NCBI GenBank assembly: GCA_963666285.1
Contig: OY762711.1
Origin: Sedimentisphaerales bacterium
GTDB taxonomy: Bacteria; Planctomycetota; Phycisphaerae; Sedimentisphaerales; SM23-30
Length of the DNA: 64,000 nt
Direction: 5' to 3' (one strand)
Shown: positions 29,991-41,209 of the stretch, piece by piece
Layout: each line of letters opens with the position of its first letter
How positions within the stretch are numbered: position 1 is the stretch's first letter
Notes under the pieces: generated by a model
The model's database searches: none
Told to the model about the DNA's origin: nothing
What the model saw: the letters and a program-made list of their open reading frames with translations, nothing else
Position numbers and translations under genes: made by a program

Positions 29991-32435
29991 TTAATCGATG
30001 ATTACAGGCTTTTCTGTTTGTGGCTGGTACAGATAAGGACAAAGAGAACTCAGGGCTTGCCGTTTATCAGCTGTAGGTCGGCGGGCTGAGAGAATGGCCG
30101 CATTCGGTGAAACGGCATCTACAAAATCCTGCAAAATATCTGACAGTTCGCCATGGTGCGGCAGCAAAAGATAATCAGCGGCAAGATCAACCTGCCCGTC
30201 AAGCAGCTGCCGCATAACTTCAGGAGTAATATCACCGCAAAGCAGGATGGTTTTTTCTTCAGATATAATTTTTACAACTAATGAACTCTCGTTTGCACTT
30301 TCATGTTCGCCATCAGGCGGCCATAGAACATTAACTTTTATATTCCCGCCTGTCAACCTATCATCGACAGCCAGATATGTCACAGGTATCGATTCGCGAT
30401 CTACCAGCTCCATAAACCGGTAATCACTTGCGGTGAAATGTCTACCGAAGCCGAGCGGTACAAACAGTCTGTCAATTTTGATGCGGGCGGCAACATCCGG
30501 TAAAGCACTGTAATGGTCCATATCTGAATGGGAGATAATCGCGGCATCAATAGAATTACAGCCGAGCCGGCGAAGATAAGGCACAACGGAATATTCACCA
30601 AGATCGAAATTATCGTAACTGCCGCAATCGTATAAAATAGTACCACCGTTAGGTAACTCTATAATAGTGACACAACCATGACCGGCAGGAAGAAAGTGAA
30701 GCTTTAATGTATCTGACGAAAAACGAAACGGGGCAAGCAGCATAAATGCAATCACACAGATTATCGTTATGCAGGCAGTCCGACGCAGCAATGAGTATTT
30801 TTTATAAAATGCAAACAGCAGGTTAAAAGATATACTCAGCAAATATATTATCAACAGCAATATCGGAACCGGTGCAACATTCTCGCTGGTACCGTCAATA
30901 GAGGCAAGACTTTGAGCAAGCGACAGCAGCAGCTCTCCCGGTAAGTCAAGGATCGGTTCAAGAAAAATAGCAAACGCAGGTAATACCAGGCTGACAAGTA
31001 ACCGAACAAGACCGGCCAGCATTGTCATTGATACTGGCAGAGCCATAATAACAGAGTTTAGCGGGGCCAGCCAGGCTACGCGGTTGAAATGCCAGGCAAT
31101 AATCGGTAATGATACCAGCCAGGCAACAATGCTGACTATTGAAAGCGAAATTACTGTTCGTCTCAACATGGATATTTGCCGTTGAAGCCAGGGACGATCG
31201 TCCAGCAGCGGCAAATCGTAATAATCGACAAGCCGGATCTTTTCAGGATTACGAAATATGTCGGTAAAGACCGAAGGAGTAATAATCACCAATGCCAGCG
31301 TAATGGAATATGATAATTGAAAACCTGCATCAAAAATATCAAGCGGTCGAAATATGAGGATAAGAAATGCACTGAGAGCGAGCAGGTTAACAGGCGAACT
31401 TTTGCGGCGGGAAATATAGCCCAGGCAAAAGAAAATAGATATTAGACCGGCACGAAGGACCGGACCGCGAGCTGGGACAATCAAAATAAAAACAAGAGTA
31501 ACAACAGCCGGTATCATTCCCTGCCAGAATCGATTGATACGAAACGGACGGACGATAAGCCAGATAAGACCGGTAAGCATACCTACATGCAAACCGGAAA
31601 GACTGAGAAAATGCATTGTGCCGCCGGCTATAAAAGCTTCTTTCGTCTCAGGTGAGATACCGGCCCTGTCACCCAGTAGCAACGCGGCAAACATATTGCC
31701 CGGACCGGTGCTAACTGGATTCTCTTCTGCTACCCCAAGCCGATTACGCAGTTCGGTACGAACCCGGGTCAGGCAACTGCCATAAGACATCGTTGGATTA
31801 ATGTTATGGTTTATCTTTACCAGTTCATTATGGTCAACCGAACAGGCTGCAAGAACACGAGTTTTGCGAGTATAAAATGGAGACCTGGTTTCCGCTGACT
31901 GACGACGATATATCCTGCCGGAAAGCTCTATCGAATGCGATGCTGACAGTTCTAACATTGGCTCGGAAAGGTACACCCGCACAATACCGGTAACAGGTTG
32001 CCAGGAATTACCGATTAGAATATCCGAACAGAGCAAATCAAAGCTCATCCCATTCTGTCTCATTAAATCAAACTCGCTGAGAGCGCCGGTACTGGCTTTG
32101 ATTTCAGGCTCACTAATCACCTCGCCTTTTATAGTAGCCAGGGTTAAGTTATCGTTCTGACAAAAACAAATGATATGGTCGCAACTGTAGTAATAATAAC
32201 TTTGAAGAAACCGAAAACTGCCAAAGCAGAAAAAACAAAGGAGAATAAATGCGTATGTTATCCGGCGAAATTTTCTACCCAGGATATGAAAGAATATACT
32301 AACTGCAATACAAAATGCAAATATAGCCAGATAAGCCTTGATGGAAAAGAAAATATTACCGGCAACAATTCCCAGGCCATAGCACAATACAGGCATGAAA
32401 AGGGGTACATGCGGGGAATATTTCTGGTTCACCAT
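29991..32435 (-). CDS. comEC: ComEC/Rec2 competence protein
   Basis: ALLLGD..HFLSLSGLHVG; GFQLSY; C-terminal MBL domain SHSDMDH..PHHG. Confidence 0.92.
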   Translation of the reverse strand: MVNQKYSPHVPLFMPVLCYGLGIVAGNIFFSIKAYLAIFAFCIAVSIFFHILGRKFRRITYAFILLCFFCFGSFRFLQSYYYYSCDHIICFCQNDNLTLATIKGEVISEPEIKASTGALSEFDLMRQNGMSFDLLCSDILIGNSWQPVTGIVRVYLSEPMLELSASHSIELSGRIYRRQSAETRSPFYTRKTRVLAACSVDHNELVKINHNINPTMSYGSCLTRVRTELRNRLGVAEENPVSTGPGNMFAALLLGDRAGISPETKEAFIAGGTMHFLSLSGLHVGMLTGLIWLIVRPFRINRFWQGMIPAVVTLVFILIVPARGPVLRAGLISIFFCLGYISRRKSSPVNLLALSAFLILIFRPLDIFDAGFQLSYSITLALVIITPSVFTDIFRNPEKIRLVDYYDLPLLDDRPWLQRQISMLRRTVISLSIVSIVAWLVSLPIIAWHFNRVAWLAPLNSVIMALPVSMTMLAGLVRLLVSLVLPAFAIFLEPILDLPGELLLSLAQSLASIDGTSENVAPVPILLLIIYLLSISFNLLFAFYKKYSLLRRTACITIICVIAFMLLAPFRFSSDTLKLHFLPAGHGCVTIIELPNGGTILYDCGSYDNFDLGEYSVVPYLRRLGCNSIDAAIISHSDMDHYSALPDVAARIKIDRLFVPLGFGRHFTASDYRFMELVDRESIPVTYLAVDDRLTGGNIKVNVLWPPDGEHESANESSLVVKIISEEKTILLCGDITPEVMRQLLDGQVDLAADYLLLPHHGELSDILQDFVDAVSPNAAILSARRPTADKRQALSSLCPYLYQPQTEKPVIID

Positions 32436-32727
32436 ATAAATACCACATTAAGTTCTGACAATACTCAATTACTAACAACACACATGTAATTATATGAAGA
32501 TTTTCCATAATTGAAAAGCATATATACCCATAACAGTTGAAAATGCTCGTTCGAACATGGTATAAATGATTACATTATCATTACTTACCTTACAGGTGAT
32601 CGAACAAAATTATACACCATATGTATTGAATAAAAATCAACATATGACGCTGACAAACTTATCCAAAACCATTTAGAATACTTTAAGATTTTGCTCGCTG
32701 CACAAAATGAATTTTTAGAGGTGGCCT

Positions 32728-33849
32728 TTATTCATAGCTTTGCCAGCGTTTGGCCCAGTCAACAAAGCGATCCTGTTCAATAGCTTTGCGGGTTTCGGCC
32801 ATTAGCCACTGAAAGAATGCCAGGTTATGTAGCGAGATAAGAATCGGACCGGTCATCTCCGGTTTCTTTCGGTCGCAGACAAGCAAATGCCTGAGATAGC
32901 CGCGCGAAAAATTACGGCAGGTATAGCAGTTGCAGTTTTCATCAAGCGGTCCGTTATCGAGCTTGTACTGCTCGTTACGCAGCCGTATATTTCCGTGGCT
33001 GGTAAAGGCAAAACCATGACGACCGTTGCGAGTGGGGATAACGCAATCGAACATATCGACCCCGGAAGCAATAGCCGCGATCATATCTTTGGGAGTGCCA
33101 ACCCCCATAAGATAACGGGGCTTTTCAAACGGCAGCTTCGGCACGATAAAATCGCAGGTCTCGATCATTTCTTCATGGCTTTCGCCGACACTCAGCCCGC
33201 CTACGGCATAACCGGGAAAATCTAGCTTGATTAGTTCTTCAGCACACCACTGACGCATTGCCTTATCGGTCCCGCCCTGCACTATGCCAAAGAGCCATTG
33301 ATCTTTCGGACGCTGATGGGCTTCCTGGCACATCTCGGCCCAGCGGAGAGTGCGAATGACCGCCTCTTTCATACGCTCAGGTGTACAAGGAAGTTTTACG
33401 CACTCATCAAATGCCATAATAATATCAGCGCCGAGCTTATTCTGAACGTGAGTGGCAATAATCGGATCAAGCCTGATTTTTGCTCCATCAATATGCGAAC
33501 GAAATTCTACTTCATCATCACTGATTCGATTAATATCTGCGAGCGAAAATACCTGGAAACCGCCGCTATCGGTGAGCATAGGACCATGCCAGCCGGTAAA
33601 AGTCTGCAATCCTCCGAGAGCCTCGACAACATCTGCCCCCGGTCGAAGAAGCAGATGGTAAGTATTGCCGAGAACTATCTGGGCGCCGATCTCGTGAATC
33701 CTGTCTGGCAGAATACCCTTAATCGCGCCGCGGGTACCAACCGGCATAAAAACTGGTGTGTCTATTACGCCATGCGGAGTTGTTATACGCCCGCGCCTGG
33801 CCTTATGGTCGTTACTGCTATGTAAAATTTCAAAATTAAATTCAGTCAT
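32728..33849 (-). CDS. tgt: tRNA-guanine transglycosylase
   Basis: TPVFMPVGT, NTYHL, LTDSGGFQVFSL, DMFDCVIPTRNGR, Zn motif CNCYTC..H. Confidence 0.98.
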   Translation of the reverse strand: MTEFNFEILHSSNDHKARRGRITTPHGVIDTPVFMPVGTRGAIKGILPDRIHEIGAQIVLGNTYHLLLRPGADVVEALGGLQTFTGWHGPMLTDSGGFQVFSLADINRISDDEVEFRSHIDGAKIRLDPIIATHVQNKLGADIIMAFDECVKLPCTPERMKEAVIRTLRWAEMCQEAHQRPKDQWLFGIVQGGTDKAMRQWCAEELIKLDFPGYAVGGLSVGESHEEMIETCDFIVPKLPFEKPRYLMGVGTPKDMIAAIASGVDMFDCVIPTRNGRHGFAFTSHGNIRLRNEQYKLDNGPLDENCNCYTCRNFSRGYLRHLLVCDRKKPEMTGPILISLHNLAFFQWLMAETRKAIEQDRFVDWAKRWQSYE

Positions 33850-33937
33850 TGTATAAACGATTATTACCGATAGCCACTCGGCTAATATAAAAAGTATCGT
33901 CCGGCCGGAATGCTCCTGACCGATTAAAACATTCTCA

Positions 33938-36052
33938 TTAGAGCCACGGATCTATAATTATGCCGCGGTTATTACGGGCTTCATAGTATGCCTGTTCCGG
34001 ACCGCGATGGGGATCACTTTTAATAACAATCTTAACATTATGCTCCTCTTCCAGCAATGACAGAACCGATCTCCTGTTATTGAGCAGGTAACAGGCAACT
34101 TCAGGTGCAACCTTCACGTCAAGCTCGGCCAGTTTAGGATCTTCAACAGCATAATTGATCTTTCGCATAACCTCAATCGAAACACTTTCCGGTGATTTCA
34201 AATGACCGGTACCTTTACACAGCGGACAGCTCATATAGGTACGATTCTTTAGCGAGGCTTTCATACGCTGGCGGGTAATTGCCATAAGACCAAACTGGTT
34301 AATACGCAATATCCTGGTACTGGCCCTGTCTTTTGTGAACAAATCCTTAACTTCTTTCTCGAGAGCACGTTTGTTCTTATTAGTCGCCATATCGATAAAA
34401 TCTATAACAACAACGCCGCCAAGGTCACGTAGCTTCAGCTGTCGGCAAATCTCTTCGGCTGCTTCCATATTGGTCTTGAAAGCAGTATCTTCAGCATTCT
34501 GGTTCTCACGGTATTTACCGCTGTTAACATCAATCGTAACCATAGCTTCGGTACTCTCGATAACAATTGATCCGCCATGCAGCAGAGGCACAGTTTTACT
34601 CTGTAGTTTTTGAATTTCCCGTTCCAGCTTATATTTGCTAAACAGCGGCTCGTGATCGGAATAATATTTCACCTTGTTACGGGTACGCGGCATGGCAATA
34701 GTAAAGAATTCCTTTATCTTTTTACAGGTATCTTCATCATCGCAAATAATACCGTCAACGCCGGTGGAAAATACATCACGTATAGTCCTGATTACCAGGT
34801 CGGATTCCTTGTACAGTTCAATCGGCCCGGACTTGATTTTTATTGTTCGGCTCATCTGTTTCCATAAACGAAGCAGATAATTGAAATCTTTTTTCAGTTC
34901 CCTCTTGTTACTATTAAGGCTCGCTGTTCGCAGGATCAGACCGACATCTTCAGGAGCGCTCAGTTCACTGCTCAGCTCTTTCATCTTCTGACGGTCTTCC
35001 TGGGTCAGCTTGCGCGAAACACCGCTATGCTTCATACCTGGCATAAGAACAACATATCGACCGGGTATCGAAATATATGAGCTTAGGGTAGGACCTTTGG
35101 TGCCTATACCGGATTTGATAACCTGAACTACAATCTCCTGCCCTTTCTTAAGGCTCTCCTGGATAAGCGGCCTGGTTTTTCTCGGATGCTTTTTGCCAAC
35201 CTTTTCTCCCTGGTCACTGCCGTTTTTGAAATATGACGCCTGAACATCTGAAATATGAAGGAAACCATTCTGACCGATACCGAAGTCAACGAAACACGCC
35301 TGGATACTCGGTTCGATATTTACAATTTTACCCTTATAGATATTTCCAACTAGGCTTTCGCTATCCAGTCGTTCGACATAAAGTTCCTCGAGCTTGTTAT
35401 TACTGATAACAGCAATTCTGCACTCCTGCCCGGAAGTAATATTAATTACCATATCCCGGCGGTCTTTTTTAGTCTTTGCAATACCATTTTGATTAGAAGA
35501 AACATTAGAAGTTTTCTTTTGACCGGAATCCCTGTCTCTTTTATCTTCTTTTTTATCTTCCTCCCTGCTGTCATCCTCTATTTTTACTGGATTATCTTTC
35601 GACTCTTTATCCTTTTTCGATTTCGAACGACGACGTCGCCTGGATTTACTGCTATGCTCCTTCTTTTCTTCAACCTCTGCACTATCAGAAGTATTTGTTT
35701 CCGAGCTGGAAGTATCTTTAGACTCTTTCTCTTCTGTGTTCTGCTCTTTTACGTCTGCCTGCTTTTCCGGCTCATCTGTTTTTTCTGATTCTTCTACAGT
35801 TTCAGGTTTTGTCGCTGTTTTCTTTTTCGTCGGACGCCTGCGCCTGGTTCCACGTCTCTTCGCCGTTTTAGTATTTTCTGCATCACCGGTCTTTTCCGAA
35901 TCAGATTCATTAGGACCTGTCTCGGCTTTCTGACGGCTAATTTCTACACTCTCATTTTTTTCTGCAGAATCAGAAGCCTCTGAATCTGGTTCAGGTTTCG
36001 GTTTTTCCTTATGGCCGAGAACCCGTTTAATTGTCTTCTTAATATTTTCCAT
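33938..36052 (-). CDS. Rne/Rng family ribonuclease with N-terminal charged disordered extension
   Basis: VGNIYKGK, ACFVDFG, IDVNSG, LRDLGG..IDFIDM, CPLCKGTG. Confidence 0.95.
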   Translation of the reverse strand: MENIKKTIKRVLGHKEKPKPEPDSEASDSAEKNESVEISRQKAETGPNESDSEKTGDAENTKTAKRRGTRRRRPTKKKTATKPETVEESEKTDEPEKQADVKEQNTEEKESKDTSSSETNTSDSAEVEEKKEHSSKSRRRRRSKSKKDKESKDNPVKIEDDSREEDKKEDKRDRDSGQKKTSNVSSNQNGIAKTKKDRRDMVINITSGQECRIAVISNNKLEELYVERLDSESLVGNIYKGKIVNIEPSIQACFVDFGIGQNGFLHISDVQASYFKNGSDQGEKVGKKHPRKTRPLIQESLKKGQEIVVQVIKSGIGTKGPTLSSYISIPGRYVVLMPGMKHSGVSRKLTQEDRQKMKELSSELSAPEDVGLILRTASLNSNKRELKKDFNYLLRLWKQMSRTIKIKSGPIELYKESDLVIRTIRDVFSTGVDGIICDDEDTCKKIKEFFTIAMPRTRNKVKYYSDHEPLFSKYKLEREIQKLQSKTVPLLHGGSIVIESTEAMVTIDVNSGKYRENQNAEDTAFKTNMEAAEEICRQLKLRDLGGVVVIDFIDMATNKNKRALEKEVKDLFTKDRASTRILRINQFGLMAITRQRMKASLKNRTYMSCPLCKGTGHLKSPESVSIEVMRKINYAVEDPKLAELDVKVAPEVACYLLNNRRSVLSLLEEEHNVKIVIKSDPHRGPEQAYYEARNNRGIIIDPWL

Positions 36053-36126
36053 TCTTAATCCTCATGACTTCGCATACAGCGAAATTGTTTCCTTTTTGAT
36101 CCTTTTTCATTATTCTAATGCAATAA

Positions 36127-36840
36127 CTAACTTGATAACTTAGAGTCAAGCGTAAATAGATCATTGAATATTTTTCCGTTATAAACAGTCTTTGTCCGCC
36201 TGATAATTTTTACATCATCAATAAAATCCAGACCAACAGCTTCGACAACCTCCTTAAGTTTTGCAGTTGCGCCTGGGCTGATTTTCACCACAAGCTTTAT
36301 TAAACTGTTTTCTAAATTTATCTCTTTTATGTTTTCCTTGATATTGACACTGCGTGCTTTATGACGGCCCCTGGCCTGACGCTGAACAAAATATTCCTGC
36401 TCCGCATTCAACCTCTCAATACTGCCTGTTAAAACAGTTAAATCTACATGACTGTGAGGCTCGATCTCATAATAGACTTCTTCCGGAAGCGGGGTGTCTT
36501 TGCCCGGAACATATCCGGCATTAAGAAGGACAAGCCCGTCTGGCAGCTGGCCGGCCAATCTTGCAGCTGCCTCTTCCGGTTCTAGCCGGTCAGAAACATA
36601 AACCACCATGATTTCACATTCGCTGGCAACCCCGACACTGCGCGGAAGCGGCAGTGACATCTTAATATGGGGGTTAAATCCCTTGGAATAACATACTGAG
36701 ATTGAAGCGCGTATCATCGCACGCTGCCAGATAGTATGGGTTTCTTTATGCGAAAAAAATCTCGCATCACCCTGGACAGAAAACAATATATATAACCTAT
36801 ACTGCTCCTGCACATTTGCATTTACAATGTTTTCAGACAT
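36127..36840 (-). CDS. TIGR03936/DUF2344 radical SAM-associated protein
   Basis: RFFSH..WQRA..YSKGFNPH..P.SVGVASECE. Confidence 0.85.
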   Translation of the reverse strand: MSENIVNANVQEQYRLYILFSVQGDARFFSHKETHTIWQRAMIRASISVCYSKGFNPHIKMSLPLPRSVGVASECEIMVVYVSDRLEPEEAAARLAGQLPDGLVLLNAGYVPGKDTPLPEEVYYEIEPHSHVDLTVLTGSIERLNAEQEYFVQRQARGRHKARSVNIKENIKEINLENSLIKLVVKISPGATAKLKEVVEAVGLDFIDDVKIIRRTKTVYNGKIFNDLFTLDSKLSS

Positions 36841-37043
36841 TACTTGTCTAGCCGACAGGTTTAATCAACTTTTTGCGGTTATGCTCTTAACACTTACCGG
36901 AAATAGTTAATAACTCGGCCGTATTCCGTTAAATAATATTCCATTTTCATGCAGATATCAAACAGGCAAAAATGCATGCCGATCTGCTCAAACTTATCCA
37001 TTAATTGGACAGCAATTCATCATCCTGAACTCAGGCAGAAATG

Positions 37044-38789
37044 CTAATCCAGATTTTCGTTCTGTATTTTTCTAAATTCATCCCTCAGGTAATTCACTGT
37101 CTGGCTGTCGGTATCAAAACCAAGCGCCTTGCGAGCCAGTCTCCTGCAATATTCAATAGAAACAGAACGAATAATTTTTTTCACTTCCGGTATCATAGGC
37201 GGTGCCAGGCTAAGCGCACGGAATCCCATACCGATAAGCAGCGGGGTTACTTCCGGCTCTGAGGCCATCTCACCACAGATACTAATATCTATTTTCGCCC
37301 TTTTGGCACTCTTGGCTACTCGGCTCAAAAGCTGAAGCACCGCTGGATGCATCGGGCTGTATAAAGTCGCAACTCTTTCGTTTACACGGTCAACTGCCAG
37401 GGTATATTGTATTAGATCGTTGGTACCTATGCTAAAGAAGTCAACCTCTTTTGCCAGGTCATCAGCTATCAAAGCCGAAGCTGGGGTTTCGATCATAATA
37501 CCAACCGGCATATTCTCATCATAAGGAATTCCCTGCTCTTCTAGGTCTTCCTTTACATCGGCAACAACCCATTTGGCCTGACGCAGCTCCATCATAGATG
37601 TTATCAAAGGAAACATCATCTTCAGCTTGCCGTGAACTGAAGCTCGCATGATTGCACGAATCTGTGCTCTAAACATTGGTATATGCTGCAGGCAATACCT
37701 GATAGACCGCAGGCCAAGAAACGGATTTCGCTCTGGTTCGCCGCTGCGTGCCTGGGTAAACTTATCCGCACCCAGGTCTACCGTCCTGATTGTAATCGGG
37801 TAATCGTTACCTATCAGGTTGATTGCTTCCATGTAAGCATTGTAATGATCTTCCTCGGTCGGCTCTTCCGAGACATCCAAATACAGAAATTCGGTACGAT
37901 AAAGACCGACACCTTCGCCGCCGCGCTGGATTACTATTTTCGCTTCTGACGGAAACTCGATATTGCCCATCAGCTCGATTGGCTCAAAATCTGTTGTTAC
38001 CGCCGGCAGCTCGGCTAGCTCGTTCAACCGCAGCTCATAGTTATGAAAATCGGTTGCATAAGATCGATATTCATTGATGGTATCTTCGTCAGGATCAACG
38101 ATAACAGTACCCCTGTTACCATCAACAATCACCATCTCGCCCTGACCGACATTGCGAGAAACATCGCCGAGTGCTACAACCGCTGGAATACCAAGACTCC
38201 TGGCTACGATAGCGGTATGAGATGTTCTGCCGCCGGCATCAGTTGCCAGACCTTTGATATATGTCTTATCAAAACTGGCGGTCTGCGTAGGGGTCAGATC
38301 GCGGGCAATAACAACCACAGGGCTGGTGAGATGTTTGAGGTCTTCCCTTTTATCGCCGATTAGATGACGCACAACCCTTTTTTCAATATCAAAGATATCG
38401 TTTGCTCGTTCTGATATATACCTGTCTGGGGCATGATTGAAATGGCCGGCAATATCACGCATTACCACACTTACGGCATATTCCGCTGAATATCGCTTCT
38501 CGTTTATGATATCGGTAATATTTTTTCGCAGAGTTCTGTCACGCAGAAAATGCAAATGCACGGCGAAAATATCCTTGATATGACTATCAACTACATTGGC
38601 CTGACTGGCCTGAAGGGTATTTACTTCCTGAGTGGCATCCAGGAACGCCTTCCGCAGCCGCTTTACCTCATTTTGAACATCCCGTTTAGGAACGATTCTC
38701 TTAGGTATGCGGTAATCTTCGGCATCAATCGCTACCGCACGGTAGATCGCGACACCTTGTGATACGCCTATTCCCTTGTATATATCCAC
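37044..38789 (-). CDS. ptsI: PTS enzyme I
   Basis: GGRTSHTAIVARS, GLYRTEFLY, NPFLGLR, SIGTNDLIQY, CGEMA; no GAF domain. Confidence 0.97.
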   Translation of the reverse strand: MDIYKGIGVSQGVAIYRAVAIDAEDYRIPKRIVPKRDVQNEVKRLRKAFLDATQEVNTLQASQANVVDSHIKDIFAVHLHFLRDRTLRKNITDIINEKRYSAEYAVSVVMRDIAGHFNHAPDRYISERANDIFDIEKRVVRHLIGDKREDLKHLTSPVVVIARDLTPTQTASFDKTYIKGLATDAGGRTSHTAIVARSLGIPAVVALGDVSRNVGQGEMVIVDGNRGTVIVDPDEDTINEYRSYATDFHNYELRLNELAELPAVTTDFEPIELMGNIEFPSEAKIVIQRGGEGVGLYRTEFLYLDVSEEPTEEDHYNAYMEAINLIGNDYPITIRTVDLGADKFTQARSGEPERNPFLGLRSIRYCLQHIPMFRAQIRAIMRASVHGKLKMMFPLITSMMELRQAKWVVADVKEDLEEQGIPYDENMPVGIMIETPASALIADDLAKEVDFFSIGTNDLIQYTLAVDRVNERVATLYSPMHPAVLQLLSRVAKSAKRAKIDISICGEMASEPEVTPLLIGMGFRALSLAPPMIPEVKKIIRSVSIEYCRRLARKALGFDTDSQTVNYLRDEFRKIQNENLD

Positions 38790-38905
38790 TATTTTTCCTG
38801 CGGATTCGCTTGATTATGTTATTTTGCTGAAGGCAATGTATCGGCTAAACGCCAAACATATTTTATCATATATCCACTGCCAGGTCACATATAAAAATGG
38901 ACCCG

Positions 38906-39202
38906 CTATTTTATAAATTCGTTAGGAGTACGGCCTTCAACTATACTTACCAACGCAGTCAATGCTTCCTGGGCATCTGGTCCCTCGGTAATAATCTTTA
39001 ACCTGGTACCTTTTCCTGCTGCAAGCATCGTTAGCTGCATTATGCTTTTGCCATTAACGGTATTACCATTAATTTCAATTAGCACTTCCGATTCGTAATG
39101 CCCGGCACATTCTACAAATTGCATGGCCGGACGCATGTGCAGACCTTCATCAATCTGCACTTCACATTCCTGCTCGGCTCTATTGGACGAATCTGAGCTC
39201 AT
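38906..39202 (-). CDS. ptsH: HPr phosphocarrier protein
   Basis: GLHMRPA (His15) and NGKSIMQL (Ser46). Confidence 0.95.
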   Translation of the reverse strand: MSSDSSNRAEQECEVQIDEGLHMRPAMQFVECAGHYESEVLIEINGNTVNGKSIMQLTMLAAGKGTRLKIITEGPDAQEALTALVSIVEGRTPNEFIK

Positions 39203-39310
39203 CTAATCCTTTTTCTTAATCTTGACATTATTATAGAATTTTATTCAAACACCTTACAGCAGGTTCCTATATATAAAAAACTTACCGCAAATCTGCTTAA
39301 TCAACCCTGT

Positions 39311-39796
39311 TTAACTGAAGTCATCAGTTCCGGGTGACTCTTCTGCTTCTTTCAACAGGTCAACGATTTCTTCTTTTGTTTCTGCCTGCCTTAAGAATTT
39401 ACGGAACATATCACGCTGCAGGTGCGAGAAAACTTTTTCCATAGCTTCCAGATGCTTGTCAGGATCGTTAGGAGGACTTAAAAGCAGCAAAACTGAATAA
39501 ACTGGGGCTTTATCCAATGAATTAAAATTCACACCTTCAACACTACGGCCAATAGTACCGGTAATGGTCTCTATACTTGGATGCTTGACATGCGGTACCG
39601 CAATACCTTTACCAATTCCGGTACTGCCCTGACGTTCTCTCTCGCACAGCTTCTCGATTATGTCTTCTTTGTCTTCAGCTTTAATTTTGCCTGAAGCCAC
39701 CAAAGCTTCAACCAGCTCGCGAATTACATCGTCACGTTCGGTACTTTCTAAGTTCGGAACAAATGCGTCCGGAACCATAAAGTCAGTCATTTTCAT
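39311..39796 (-). CDS. PTS IIA (Fru/Ntr-type) component
   Basis: RERQGSTGIGKGIAVPH motif. Confidence 0.92.
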   Translation of the reverse strand: MKMTDFMVPDAFVPNLESTERDDVIRELVEALVASGKIKAEDKEDIIEKLCERERQGSTGIGKGIAVPHVKHPSIETITGTIGRSVEGVNFNSLDKAPVYSVLLLLSPPNDPDKHLEAMEKVFSHLQRDMFRKFLRQAETKEEIVDLLKEAEESPGTDDFS

Positions 39797-40002
39797 ATTT
39801 TATCTCTCCAGAGAATACTAACTAATGAAAATTACATTAGGCTTATATACGTTGGAGTCTTACTGTAACTCCATCTATAATCTTGAATATCTGACACTGC
39901 CGTTTATTTGGCAATGACATAAATTACTATAACTATTGAATTTATCAAATTTACTAGCAATTACAAAGACAATAATTATGTTCTTAGTAATATAATGGTA
40001 AA

Positions 40003-40362
40003 TTATTCTTCAATTACTTCGGCTGAGGCTTCACCGGCACTGGTTTTGCCCTTATGATGCTTGGTTTGTTCTTTATATTTCAACAGCTGACGCTCGGCAC
40101 GGTCTACTACACCGTCAATACAAGCATAAGCATCTTCATCTGTATGGTGAACAACAAATGGTTTTGCTCCGTCACCGGTATGTACGATTACTTCTACAAG
40201 GTAATTATTGCCCTTCGATGACGATTTGCCATCTATATCAAGTATCACTTCTATCTCGGTTATCCGGCCATGGAACTTGCTCAATCTAGATATTTTCTTA
40301 TCTGCGTAATCTTTTAATGAATCTGTCAGTTCAACATGACGGGATGTAATTTTAGTTATCAT
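40003..40362 (-). CDS. hpf: Ribosome hibernation promoting factor (RaiA/HPF)
   Basis: ITSRHVELTDSLKDYA..DAYACID..ERQL.KYK. Confidence 0.9.
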   Translation of the reverse strand: MITKITSRHVELTDSLKDYADKKISRLSKFHGRITEIEVILDIDGKSSSKGNNYLVEVIVHTGDGAKPFVVHHTDEDAYACIDGVVDRAERQLLKYKEQTKHHKGKTSAGEASAEVIEE

Positions 40363-41209
40363 TCGGTATCTCCTTGATAAGATTCCCTGTGTTTTCTTCT
40401 AGTTCTTTCTTTACATTCTCTGTAGCTGCTTCCGATGCAAACTTTTCTGGATTTATCACCCCACCGCTTATAGTGAACCGAAGCGCTTCCTCTATCGTTA
40501 TCGGCAGATCTATCAACTCACTTTGCTCTACATGAATAACATATCCGGTGAACGGTGTTGGTGAACTGGGGATAAAAACTGCTACAGAAGCCGTTTCTTT
40601 CTGGGGGGCCATTGTTTTCATTAGCCCGGCACCTGTTACTAAACCTATTGACCACACGCCTTTACGAGGATATTGAACAAGAACTACTCTGTTAAATTCT
40701 AGCTTTTTCTCCCCTAAAAAGTATTCGGTAATCTGTTTGACATATGGATAGACCTGCTTAAAGCCAGGCACCTGGTTTACCATAATTTCAAAGTATTTCC
40801 AGAGTCTGTGTCCGATAAAACTCGCTAACAATCTGCCTACGACATAAACTATTATTATCGCTAGAAAAAAGCCCACCAGGGACCCATAACCTTGGGTCCA
40901 GGTTCGACGCAATTTCCACAAACGCATCTGATCTCGCTGCTTGCGGTCATTTACGTTTACACTGTCTAACTCATTTTCCTTCTGATACTTAGATAATTCT
41001 TCGCCTGTCAGCTCAGGATACTTTGTGTCAATCAACACAAATAGCCTGACCGCTCCTTCAGTAATATGCACTCCAATATTTTCCTGTACAAATTGGTAGC
41101 ACTCTATCAGAAGAATTATTGTCAAAACCGTGGGAAGCAAAGTAGCCAGACCTCGAAAAAAGAATAGCCTAAAGTCTGTCCAGAAATGTCTTTCAGGTTT
41201 GTTGCTCAT
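40352..41209 (-). CDS. DUF502 domain-containing membrane protein
   Basis: VVLVQYPRKG..VFIPSSPTPFTGY..EEALRFTISGG. Confidence 0.9.
   Translation of the reverse strand: MSNKPERHFWTDFRLFFFRGLATLLPTVLTIILLIECYQFVQENIGVHITEGAVRLFVLIDTKYPELTGEELSKYQKENELDSVNVNDRKQRDQMRLWKLRRTWTQGYGSLVGFFLAIIIVYVVGRLLASFIGHRLWKYFEIMVNQVPGFKQVYPYVKQITEYFLGEKKLEFNRVVLVQYPRKGVWSIGLVTGAGLMKTMAPQKETASVAVFIPSSPTPFTGYVIHVEQSELIDLPITIEEALRFTISGGVINPEKFASEAATENVKKELEENTGNLIKEIPNDN

Noticed and set aside
33850..33937. preQ1 riboswitch upstream of tgt
   Set aside because: Small hairpins are present but no preQ1 consensus loop or A-rich tail.
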